The position numbers and the translations under genes were made by a program. Positions 1 through 8,355 of a stretch of 55,344 nucleotides of DNA are shown here, in pieces. Numbering within the stretch: position 1 is the stretch's first letter; each line of letters starts with the position of its first letter. The DNA comes from a virus (taxonomy: Duplodnaviria > Caudoviricetes), in IMG/VR virus record IMGVR_UViG_3300020042_009027, positions 1 to 55,344 of that record; one strand, given 5' to 3'. The notes under the pieces are model-generated. The model saw nothing but the letters and a program-made list of their open reading frames with translations, did no database searches and was not told the origin of the DNA.

Positions 1-113
1 TCGCCTTTGGCATTACCGGTGACGACCATCTTCAGGTTGCCCAGCCCGTGGATGTGATCGTAGATATCGAACAAGTTCTCAGGGCACCCGCTCATGCAGG
101 ATTTGAAGTAGAA
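1..113 (-). pseudogene. Inverted fragment of a paralog of the 1392-2630 'SCM' protein, running off the window edge
   Basis: Minus frame reads FYFKSCMSGCPENLFDIYDHIHGLGNLKMVVTGNAKG, aligning by eye to WFPSCMSGKPRFYFELYDNLQADNRLSML of 1392-2630; similarity stops near position 113. Confidence 0.55.
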
Positions 114-160
114 GAAGAAGTAGTGTGATAAACAAAACACAAAGTGATAAGAAAAACAAT

Positions 161-1363
161 ATGAGCAACAAGAAAAACAAGAGAAACAAGAAAAGCAATA
201 TGAAGAATGTAACAGTAGGCAAACCAATAGTAAGCAAAGCAATAGTAGTCAAAGCACTAGGTAGCTCTCTACCTAGTGTAGTCAAACCGCAGGCTTCTTA
301 CAAGCCGTGGCAGCCTTACCGCTTCGACGTGGCAGACATCGAACCGACTCCTGTGGGTGTCGAACTCGACACCTGTGACCTCGACCTGCTACATAGCGTG
401 TTCATGATTCAGAATCCCTCGAACAATGAGGCGTGCAACAATCACGCTATCCATTGTATCCGCGACCTGCTTCCTAAAGAATGCACCGTTGTAGTCAATG
501 CAGGCAACATGATTGTCCACAAGGGCAACCCCAATACGATACGCCCGTTCTACGTGGCGCACATGGATCAAGTGCACGACTATGTGCCCTTCATGACACT
601 CGATATCCGCGACGAGGTGCTCTACGCCTATGACGGCAACGAGGATCAGACAGGCACAGGTGGTGACGACAAGTGCGGCATCTATGTGGCGATTGCCATG
701 CTGCGCACCTTGGAGAATTGTTCTGCTGTATTTGTGCGGGACGAAGAAGTCGGGTGCGTTGGTAGTGGTTCCGTGCCCTTGGGATGGTTCGAGAACGCTG
801 CATTCGTCATCCAGTGCGACCGCAACAATACATCCTACGACATCATCGCCAAGACCAACGGCATGGTGTGCGCATCAGATGAGTTTGTCGAAGCGATGCT
901 TGCGTTACCCGCTTGCAAGCTACACACCACGGCACATGGGAGTATCACAGACATCGGTGCCCTCGCAAAGCGCGGGCTCGGGGTTTCAATGATCAACCTG
1001 TCAAGCGGCTACTACGAAGCACATTCCTCACGCGAGGTGGTATCAATACCGCAACTCATGCTTGCGACGACCATCGCAAGGCATGCTGCGGTGCTCTACG
1101 GAAACGCCGTGTGGGATCACACCCCGACACCGCTCTACCCAAGTTACCAAGGCTACCAGAGCCCCAAAAGTGCTACCCACAAGGCGTATGTGCCACACTA
1201 CGACGCAGAAGTGACTGAAGTTAAGTGGGATGCACAACAATGGGTTCGCCGCGAGAAAGCTGAGCGTGCCTTAGCAAAAGCACACGTAATGGATGAGTTC
1301 TCTTGCAGTTCATACACGCTACAAGAGTTGGAGAACCTCGCACATGCACACAACCTACTGTAA
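161..1363 (+). CDS. M28/M20/M42-clan zinc peptidase-like protein (start ATG 161 or 200)
   Basis: Metal-ligand motifs AHMDQV, GGDDKCG, DEEVG, QCDR and YYEAHS; lysine-rich low-complexity N-terminus. Confidence 0.8.
   Translation: MSNKKNKRNKKSNMKNVTVGKPIVSKAIVVKALGSSLPSVVKPQASYKPWQPYRFDVADIEPTPVGVELDTCDLDLLHSVFMIQNPSNNEACNNHAIHCIRDLLPKECTVVVNAGNMIVHKGNPNTIRPFYVAHMDQVHDYVPFMTLDIRDEVLYAYDGNEDQTGTGGDDKCGIYVAIAMLRTLENCSAVFVRDEEVGCVGSGSVPLGWFENAAFVIQCDRNNTSYDIIAKTNGMVCASDEFVEAMLALPACKLHTTAHGSITDIGALAKRGLGVSMINLSSGYYEAHSSREVVSIPQLMLATTIARHAAVLYGNAVWDHTPTPLYPSYQGYQSPKSATHKAYVPHYDAEVTEVKWDAQQWVRREKAERALAKAHVMDEFSCSSYTLQELENLAHAHNLL
254..279. repeat. Palindrome copy 1: GCACTAGGTAG-ctct-CTACCTAGTGt
   Basis: Perfect 10-bp inverted repeat; identical arms recur at 2640-2666. 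Confidence 0.8.
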
Positions 1364-1391
1364 ACACAAACACAACAAAAGAATTACAAAT

Positions 1392-2630
1392 ATGAAAGCA
1401 AGATTACAAATCGTGACACAAGACCACTGCAATTCAGAGAACGAAGCTGTTCGCTCACTGATTGCGAAGGTGATACAAGACAAACTCAGCGGGGTCTATT
1501 TATGCTCCTATGGTATGGTCTACAACCAACAAGAAGGGCTGTTGTCGTTCGTTGAGCACTCGCCTGATTTAGGTAGCCAGCTTTTTGCAGAAGTTGGTGT
1601 GACAACGGGGCACGACACAATCGTATGTAAGGTCGTCTTACCCCTAAGCGGCATAACAGAGCAGGCAAAGACGGATTTGCTTGCGCTCTATGCCTTAACG
1701 GGTTCACGGTGCCCCTTCGATATGAGCAACAAGGCGTTGAGGGTAACTAGCTGCCAAGTCCGAAGCCTAGTTTCGGATTCAGATAGGTGCCTATACACTA
1801 CCCCCGCTAAACCAATCGTAGCGATTAACAGGTTCTTGGCAACCAGAGAGGCACCGCCGTTGGATACGCCGACGTCAAACAAACTGCTCGCAGACATAAA
1901 GTCCCTCATCGCAGGTGCCACCTACACTGTTGAGTATATCGATGAGGACACCACAATCAGCGAGGTGTATAACTATGAGGACAAAGACAGATGGTTCCCG
2001 TCTTGTATGTCAGGGAAGCCAAGGTTTTACTTTGAACTATACGACAACTTGCAGGCGGATAACAGACTCAGTATGCTGCGCGTCTGGAAGCACGACCACA
2101 CGGGGAGAACCGCTGTTGGGCGAGCACTTGTCTGGATAGGGGCAGAGGGCACATTATACCTTGACAGGGTTTACATGTATACCTTGAACAGCACTCCCGT
2201 AAACAACGCGGTTAAGGCGATGACTGCTTTCCTCAAGGAGAACGGCATCGAGAAATGCGTCCATGAGCCTACTGCAAACGCTTACGGGTTGTTGTATAAG
2301 CATGTCAACCTAAAGGTAAACGCGGGAGCCCTTGCATGTGATTCTCTCCCCTACATAGATAGCTTGCACTACCTTGATTCTAGTGGGGTGCTGCGCACAC
2401 GGCTACCTGATACGCATTGCAGAATACTCCACGCAAAGCTCACGGATGGGACAGTGCCTGAATACGTCATTGCCGTGAACGGATGCATCTATGACGAAGA
2501 CAGCTGCGTAGAGGTAGATGATGACATCACCGAGCTACCTGTTCCCCGCCACATGGTTGAACAAGTAGATGCAACCGACCTAGAACCCGCGAGATGTGTA
2601 GTCAAAGACTGTTACCGCTGCAACTTCTAA
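1392..2630 (+). CDS. Conserved phage protein with SCM / GRALVW / YLDRVY / PYIDS motifs, function unknown
   Basis: Long ORF; ATG 1392 follows an A-rich AATATG context; I recall this motif series from phage proteins beside M28 peptidases (not searched). Confidence 0.7.
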   Translation: MKARLQIVTQDHCNSENEAVRSLIAKVIQDKLSGVYLCSYGMVYNQQEGLLSFVEHSPDLGSQLFAEVGVTTGHDTIVCKVVLPLSGITEQAKTDLLALYALTGSRCPFDMSNKALRVTSCQVRSLVSDSDRCLYTTPAKPIVAINRFLATREAPPLDTPTSNKLLADIKSLIAGATYTVEYIDEDTTISEVYNYEDKDRWFPSCMSGKPRFYFELYDNLQADNRLSMLRVWKHDHTGRTAVGRALVWIGAEGTLYLDRVYMYTLNSTPVNNAVKAMTAFLKENGIEKCVHEPTANAYGLLYKHVNLKVNAGALACDSLPYIDSLHYLDSSGVLRTRLPDTHCRILHAKLTDGTVPEYVIAVNGCIYDEDSCVEVDDDITELPVPRHMVEQVDATDLEPARCVVKDCYRCNF

Positions 2631-2639
2631 ATTTCACAA

Positions 2640-2666
2640 GCACTAGGTAGAGCACCTACCTAGTGC
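2640..2666. repeat. Palindrome copy 2: GCACTAGGTAG-agcac-CTACCTAGTGC (intergenic)
   Basis: Perfect 11-bp stem with 5-nt loop, just downstream of the stop at 2630. Confidence 0.8.
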
Positions 2667-2749
2667 CTGTAACACCTGACCCATGAATGAGGTTATCTTT
2701 GCAGTGATTGGATTCTGCAACATGCCCAAGCAGAGGCAAACAAAAGCAT

Positions 2750-3832
2750 ATGAAAGAAGTAAATAAAGTAACACCAGCACTGCTGGTCAGAATGGCGAAG
2801 CACGTATTTGACACAGGTAAGTTCCTGTTCATCACGGGGCAAGGTGGTATCGGCAAGACAAGCATTGCCTACAATGAAATCGCTGCTGCCACAGGGCGAC
2901 GGGCATATCCTGTCGTCAACCTGTGTGGCTACAGTGGCACTGAGGTTGTCGGCTACGGCAACCCGCAACCAGATGGGGGCATGACATTCTTCGCGCCCTC
3001 CATTTGGCCGACATACGATCGAGTAGGGGACGAGCCTATCCTGCTCATCCTCGACGAGCTACCAGACTACAACCCCGAGGTGCGTGCCTTGCTGCGTGGG
3101 CTATACCCCGCAACGGGTTCCCGCTACGTCGGCACCCACAAACTGGGTTCCAATGTTGCTATCGTCGTGACAGGTAACAGCAGGCACCACGGCACACGTT
3201 CTGCTGTGGAAGATGCACCGTTCACTGAGCGGTGCGTCAAGGTCAGCATCCAAGCAGACCTCGGCGACTGGATTACGTGGTATGACAGCCACCTCGATCT
3301 TGTGCGCACAGGGTCTTATGTGCCTGCCTTCCTGAGCTTCGGCACTACGACAGGTGACGGTCGCGATCTATTCGCTCCGCCCATCGTGATGCCATACGAT
3401 GGTGCCCCGCACCCTACGCCTCGAACATGGGAGACAGTAGCCCGTGCAGAGTCGACAAGGTTGACTGACCCCGCAGTCTACCAAGCAATCCTGCGTGGCA
3501 GTGTCGGCGATGTCGCCGCTACTGCTTACATGGGTTTCCTGCAACACGTTGACCAGATACCTGACATCAAGCGCATCAAAGCGAATGGTGCTGAAGGAGT
3601 CAAGAAGCTGTCGCCGCAGAAGCAATACGCCCTTGTGACCGCTTGTCTTGCGACGGCGTTGACAGGTGTGCGTGATCCGAAAGCGGCAGTGCATGCGGGA
3701 ACCTACGACTGGCTCGTCAACCTGCTACTCAATGTGCGGGGTGACATCCGCGAGTTCGGTGCACGTTCAGCCGAGCGTAGGGGTATCCCGCTCGATGAGC
3801 ATCCACAATCCAACCAACTGAAAGGAGTTTAA
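2750..3832 (+). CDS. MoxR/dynein-related AAA+ ATPase
   Basis: Walker A GQGGIGKT, Walker B LLILDE, sensor-1 VVTGN, PTPRTWE motif; lies upstream of a vWA gene. Confidence 0.85.
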   Translation: MKEVNKVTPALLVRMAKHVFDTGKFLFITGQGGIGKTSIAYNEIAAATGRRAYPVVNLCGYSGTEVVGYGNPQPDGGMTFFAPSIWPTYDRVGDEPILLILDELPDYNPEVRALLRGLYPATGSRYVGTHKLGSNVAIVVTGNSRHHGTRSAVEDAPFTERCVKVSIQADLGDWITWYDSHLDLVRTGSYVPAFLSFGTTTGDGRDLFAPPIVMPYDGAPHPTPRTWETVARAESTRLTDPAVYQAILRGSVGDVAATAYMGFLQHVDQIPDIKRIKANGAEGVKKLSPQKQYALVTACLATALTGVRDPKAAVHAGTYDWLVNLLLNVRGDIREFGARSAERRGIPLDEHPQSNQLKGV

Positions 3833-3836
3833 CTAC

Positions 3837-4091
3837 ATGAACCAGATATTTACTGTAACAGGTTATTTTGGTGATGACGAATACCGCGATTCGTGTGAGC
3901 TTTTGTTCCGCGAAGCAGATGACACACTCCCAAGCAAAGATTCGCATGATGCCCCTCACGAATCAGGATATTGGGATGAGGACATCTGGTATTATGGCAT
4001 GTCAGCAGCAGAACTAACCAGAATAATCGCAGCAAATGAAGAGCTTGATGGGTTCTACCCCACCAGCTTCAAACCAGCCGAGGAAGCCTAA
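3837..4091 (+). CDS. Small acidic hypothetical protein
   Basis: ATG-start ORF packed between neighbours. Confidence 0.7.
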   Translation: MNQIFTVTGYFGDDEYRDSCELLFREADDTLPSKDSHDAPHESGYWDEDIWYYGMSAAELTRIIAANEELDGFYPTSFKPAEEA

Positions 4092-4140
4092 CTGTATGAA
4101 ATACAACGTAACAACACAAACACAACAAACAAATAGCAAT

Positions 4141-5046
4141 ATGAAAACACAGAAAGTAAATAGCAATATGAAGCAAGCAACCAAGACAGCAACACACACA
4201 GCACAGTCCCTTATCCTGTGCTTCTTCCAAACCAAGGCACCCAGCACCTCCGTGCTCAACCGCAAGGCGACAAGCAGGGTGCTCGTCGAGGCATCCGCGC
4301 AGACAAACGCTGCGCGGGTATACAACACAGTGCTGACGGCAAAGGGCACTGCGGTGGGCAAGGCAATCAGCATCCAGCAGCAGACCCGCTGTGCCATCCA
4401 GATGCTCGGTGCCCCTTGCAGGACAGGCGGCAACTACATCCGCATTAAGCGCATCAACGAAGTGCAGAACATCTTCGACGATGCGCAGTATGAGCTCAAC
4501 CTTGCCAAGCAGGACATCATCGCCACCTACGACACCGTAATTGTTGCTTTGACAGATCGCCTCGGCAAGATGGCGAACGAAGTGGACATCCCCACGGCGC
4601 AAGAGATTGCTAACAAGTTCACGATGAGCCTCACGTTCATCAACCAACCGATTGCCATCTGCGATGATGCGCTCAACGGTTTGGCGGAGGAGGTGGCGAA
4701 CAAAGTGCGTGCCGAATCGATGGCGCAGATCGACGACCTGCTCAAGCAGGCACACCAAGGACCGCTCATCGACCTCAAGGACACGCTGACCGAGTTCATT
4801 GACCGTATGAAGAACGCCAAGCGTCTCCACATGTCGCAGTTCGAGAAGCTCCGAGGACACGCCAACCGCGTAGCAGACTTGAACCTGTCCGACTCACCAG
4901 AGATCACGTCGCTCGCCAAAGAAGTGCTTGCCCTCTCAGAAGAAGGTGGTGATCACATCGATGACAACGACAGGAAGCGTGCAGCTGCTACGGCTGAGTC
5001 GATCGTAACCCAAGTGTCCTCAACCCTTACCTCACTCGGGCTATGA
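4141..5046 (+). CDS. Helical protein, DUF3150-like, of AAA/vWA phage modules
   Basis: Mostly helical sequence between the AAA ATPase and the vWA gene; ATGA overlap with the next gene; start 4141 or 4168. Confidence 0.55.
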   Translation: MKTQKVNSNMKQATKTATHTAQSLILCFFQTKAPSTSVLNRKATSRVLVEASAQTNAARVYNTVLTAKGTAVGKAISIQQQTRCAIQMLGAPCRTGGNYIRIKRINEVQNIFDDAQYELNLAKQDIIATYDTVIVALTDRLGKMANEVDIPTAQEIANKFTMSLTFINQPIAICDDALNGLAEEVANKVRAESMAQIDDLLKQAHQGPLIDLKDTLTEFIDRMKNAKRLHMSQFEKLRGHANRVADLNLSDSPEITSLAKEVLALSEEGGDHIDDNDRKRAAATAESIVTQVSSTLTSLGL

Positions 5047-6368
5047 CTGCTACCCTAATTAAAATCGACCCCGCAGCCCCCGACAACGAAGAGCTTCGTG
5101 ATGCCCTGCGTAGAGTATCGCGACACTGGTTCCTGTGTTACAGCAAGTTGATGTCGCTCGATTGGTATTGGACAAATGACACGCCCTTCGGGGCGACTGA
5201 CGGAGCAAGCCTCTACCTGAATCCTGATGGGCTTAGAAAGCTCGCAGCAATGCCTGATGGCATTGGTGTCGTTGCCTTCCTGCTTGTGCACGAGGCACTC
5301 CACGCACTGCTCGGACACGGGTGGCGTATGGAGGCAATCAAGAACAAGAAGCTAGGCAATGTCGCGGCTGACTACATCGTCAATGCGATGATCGCTCAGC
5401 AGAATCGTGACGTGGCAGCCAGAGACCCTAGCTTGGCTAACCGTGAGGCATTCCCCCTGCTACAAGGGGTGCTGATCGACGAGAAATTGTCAGGAGACAA
5501 GTCTGTGGAGCAACTCTACCGCGAGTTGCTGCTCAAGGCAGAGGACGCGCAGCAACGGCAACAGCAACGGCAACAGCAACAACCTGCGCCTGCCTCACCA
5601 GAACCTGCGCCTGCCTCACCAGAACCTGCGCCTGCTTGCGAGATACCTGCTGCTGGTGGCGTTGACAACATCGCCCCCACACCAAAAGCAGGGGAGACGA
5701 CCGAGGAAACCATCAACCGTATCGAGCAAGGTAACGACTTCGTTATCACATCGGCAGCAATTGAGCAGCGGGCACAGGGGAGCGGAGACAGTTCCGCGAT
5801 GAGGCAGCGTATCAACAACGAGCGTGTGCAAGTGAGCTCGCTCGATTGGTGTGCCCTGCTTGACGAATACCTGAACACTGTTGCTCCCGCCTATGCGAGT
5901 GCACCGTTCAATGCCCCCGTGTTCATGTCAACCCGACTCATCTGCTGCGGCTCCCGCCCAAAGAGAACGGGGGAGGTTGTCATGGTGCTCGATACCTCAG
6001 GCTCTGTCAAAGATTCGACGGTAACCAAGTTCCTTGGTGAGGTTGAGCGCATAATGGCTGAGGTCAAACCCGAGCGGCTATGCCTACTTGGTGCTGACCG
6101 AACAGTCAGGACTGCCTTGATCCTGACCGAGGGCGACCCAATGCCGACAACCCTCGGCGGGGGAGGCGGCACCCGCTTCAAGCCTGCGTTCGATTGGGTC
6201 GCAGAGAACTGCGGCAGCCCTGATGTCCTCGTCTACTTGACCGACGGGCTGTCTCCAGACTTGACAACACTACCTCCCGTAGACTATCCAGTGCTGTGGT
6301 TATCCACAGTAAAGAAACCTGATGCCTACCCCTTCGGAGATGTCATCAGCGTAACCGAGCTTGTGTAA
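5043..6368 (+). CDS. HExxH metallopeptidase-like N-domain plus C-terminal vWA domain (DUF2201-type)
   Basis: ATDG, HEALH and NVAADYIVN motifs; MIDAS VLDTSGS, GGGGT.F and YLTDG; Q/P-rich linker. Confidence 0.85.
   Translation: MTATLIKIDPAAPDNEELRDALRRVSRHWFLCYSKLMSLDWYWTNDTPFGATDGASLYLNPDGLRKLAAMPDGIGVVAFLLVHEALHALLGHGWRMEAIKNKKLGNVAADYIVNAMIAQQNRDVAARDPSLANREAFPLLQGVLIDEKLSGDKSVEQLYRELLLKAEDAQQRQQQRQQQQPAPASPEPAPASPEPAPACEIPAAGGVDNIAPTPKAGETTEETINRIEQGNDFVITSAAIEQRAQGSGDSSAMRQRINNERVQVSSLDWCALLDEYLNTVAPAYASAPFNAPVFMSTRLICCGSRPKRTGEVVMVLDTSGSVKDSTVTKFLGEVERIMAEVKPERLCLLGADRTVRTALILTEGDPMPTTLGGGGGTRFKPAFDWVAENCGSPDVLVYLTDGLSPDLTTLPPVDYPVLWLSTVKKPDAYPFGDVISVTELV
5581..5635 (+). repeat. 21-bp in-frame tandem repeat (PAPASPE), about 2.6 copies
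   Basis: aacctgcgcctgcctcaccag repeated. Confidence 0.9.
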
Positions 6369-6466
6369 CCAACAATGCACTACACTAGACCCACTACAGT
6401 AAAACATTTCCTGCATGCCACGTTGGTGTGCGGAACAAACAAACACAACAAACAGAAAAAAAGAAT

Positions 6467-6688
6467 ATGCCAAAAGAGATAAGCAAAGTCACAGTCGCGT
6501 TGGTCTTCATGAACAACAATGAGGATAACTTCTTCATCGAGAACCCACCGCAAGGTGCGCCATCGAAGTGGATTGATCGATTTGTGGACTCCGTATATGA
6601 TGTCGAGCACGTCATAGTCTATGAACTCGGCGAGCGCACACGTTCGTGGAGCAACCCAGACAGCTCACCTGAACTCCCATTCACTTGA
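6467..6688 (+). CDS. Hypothetical protein
   Basis: ATG in AATATG context after an A-rich leader. Confidence 0.6.
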   Translation: MPKEISKVTVALVFMNNNEDNFFIENPPQGAPSKWIDRFVDSVYDVEHVIVYELGERTRSWSNPDSSPELPFT

Positions 6689-6713
6689 ACAATAAACGAA
6701 AGCAAATACTACA

Positions 6714-6998
6714 ATGACAAACGACACAAACTGTTCGGCGCACACGTTCGCCGAGAAACGAATAGTGATTCCCTTCACCAATAAGTCAGTGACCTTACAC
6801 GTCCTGCGCGCAGGAAGGAAGAGAGTCTTCACCGCATCCTTTGCTTACGTATCAATACGCAGCAAGAAGATGCACGTAGCTGAAGCGCGTGATGAGTTCA
6901 TCTCTCTCGTGCTTTCCGCAATCGATGAACAAGACACCGAAGTAGCCTGCAACGGCCACATCGCCCTCGTCGACTTCATCATCTTCAACCTAGATTAA
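6714..6998 (+). CDS. Hypothetical protein
   Basis: ATG-start ORF in a contiguous operon. Confidence 0.6.
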   Translation: MTNDTNCSAHTFAEKRIVIPFTNKSVTLHVLRAGRKRVFTASFAYVSIRSKKMHVAEARDEFISLVLSAIDEQDTEVACNGHIALVDFIIFNLD

Positions 6999-7013
6999 AC
7001 CAAATTGAATAAT

Positions 7014-7403
7014 ATGGAAACACAATACATTAAAAAAGATAACGGGCATACATACTACTACGCAGACGAGGACATGACTATCTTGCACCGCTTAGACGGC
7101 CCAGCAGTTGAAGGCGCTGATGGATACAAAGCGTGGTGGGTCAAAAACAAACTCCACCGCTTAGACGGGCCAGCAGTTGAACACGCTGATGGAAGCAAAT
7201 CGTGGCATGTTGACGACATCCTCCACCGCTTAGATGGTCCAGCAAAGGAATACGTTTGCGGATACAAAGCGTGGTTTGTTGACGGCAGACGCCTAACTGA
7301 AGCAGAGTTTAACATGCGGCATGAGCTAAAAGAAATAACACTAGAACAAATCGCGGAAAAGTTCGGGATTGAATTAAGCAAACTTCGGATTAAACCAAAT
7401 TGA
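7014..7403 (+). CDS. MORN-like beta-hairpin repeat protein, 3 x HRLDGPA 23-aa units (paralog 1)
   Basis: HRLDGPAxExxxGxKxWxV repeats; C-terminal EITLEQIAEKFGI. Confidence 0.85.
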   Translation: METQYIKKDNGHTYYYADEDMTILHRLDGPAVEGADGYKAWWVKNKLHRLDGPAVEHADGSKSWHVDDILHRLDGPAKEYVCGYKAWFVDGRRLTEAEFNMRHELKEITLEQIAEKFGIELSKLRIKPN

Positions 7404-7408
7404 ATAAT

Positions 7409-7864
7409 ATGGAAACACAATACATTAAAAAAGATAACGGGTATGCATGCTACTACGCTGACGAGGAAATGACTGTCATCCACCGCTTAGACGGCCCAGC
7501 AGTCGAACACGCGGATGGAAGCAAAGCGTGGTTTGTTGACGGCAAACGCCACCGCTTAGACGGACCAGCATTTGAATACGCTGATGGATTCAAAACGTGG
7601 TGGGTTGAAGGCAAACGCCACCGCTTAGATGGCCCAGCAATGGAATGCACTAATGGAAGCAAAGCGTGGTATGTTGAAGGCAAACGCCACCGCTTAGACG
7701 GACCAGCAGTCGAATGCGCTGATGGATACAAAACGTGGTGGGTTAAAGGCAAACGCCTAAGCGAAGCAGAGTTCAACATGCTGCATGAACTAAAAGAAAT
7801 AACACTAGAACAAATCGCGAAAAAGTTCGGCATCCCAGTTGAGAAAATCAGAATCAAACTATAA
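7409..7864 (+). CDS. MORN-like beta-hairpin repeat protein, 4 x HRLDGPA units (paralog 2)
   Basis: Tandem duplicate of 7014-7403; 54-bp identical start regions at 6993-7046 and 7388-7441. Confidence 0.85.
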   Translation: METQYIKKDNGYACYYADEEMTVIHRLDGPAVEHADGSKAWFVDGKRHRLDGPAFEYADGFKTWWVEGKRHRLDGPAMECTNGSKAWYVEGKRHRLDGPAVECADGYKTWWVKGKRLSEAEFNMLHELKEITLEQIAKKFGIPVEKIRIKL

Positions 7865-7868
7865 CAAT

Positions 7869-8120
7869 ATGGAAACACAATACCACATAAACTACTACGG
7901 CAACCAGCAACTGCACGTCGTGCCAACGCAAGGGAGAAAGAAGCACAAGCTGCACATCGATTGCCCGTGTGGGACAACAGTCGAGGCGCACTCTGGCAGC
8001 CTACTCGTGAAACACTTCCACCCGAAAGACATCCTCATGGTGCCTATCGTTCTGGAGTGGGTCAACGTAGGGGTTAAACTACCACTACCAAAAGTTAAAG
8101 GAGCCAAGAAAAAGCTATGA
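7869..8120 (+). CDS. Hypothetical protein with H..H.DCPC motif; shares the METQY start with the two preceding genes
   Basis: aatatggaaacacaatac start sequence is reused. Confidence 0.65.
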   Translation: METQYHINYYGNQQLHVVPTQGRKKHKLHIDCPCGTTVEAHSGSLLVKHFHPKDILMVPIVLEWVNVGVKLPLPKVKGAKKKL

Positions 8121-8245
8121 AGGACATCTATAAAGCACTCGCCGAGAAGTCGCAGCTGCTACGGTTCTTCCACGAGAGAACAATAGCAGAGCTCAAGGCA
8201 ATGAAAAAAGCGTTCGAGCAGGCGCAGGCAAGGAGGAAACCATGA
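8117..8245 (+). CDS. 42-aa hypothetical protein (not in the ORF track)
   Basis: MKDIYKALAEK...RRKP; ATGA overlaps at both ends. Confidence 0.55.
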   Translation: MKDIYKALAEKSQLLRFFHERTIAELKAMKKAFEQAQARRKP

Positions 8246-8355
8246 GAGACGCATTAGGCATGATAGGAGCCTGCATCCTACTCTGGTTCCCTATCTGCGC
8301 CATCGTCGTTACGGCGCAGATAGTTTGGCGGCACATCAAGAGTCGTCGCGACTGA
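8242..8355 (+). CDS. 37-aa single-pass membrane protein (not in the ORF track)
   Basis: MRDALGMIGACILLWFPICAIVVTAQIVWRHIKSRRD; hydrophobic stretch with a basic tail; ATGA-coupled. Confidence 0.5.
   Translation: MRDALGMIGACILLWFPICAIVVTAQIVWRHIKSRRD

Noticed and set aside
6683-6760. Possible extra attC (cttgaac...gttcggc) at the start of ORF 6714
   Set aside because: The sequence between the two boxes shows no L''/L' pairing; at most a decayed remnant.
7086-7710. Regularly spaced caccgcttaga(c/t)gg.ccagca repeats resembling a CRISPR array
   Set aside because: The 69-bp period is in frame, the 'spacers' resemble each other and encode 23-aa protein repeats, and there are no cas genes.
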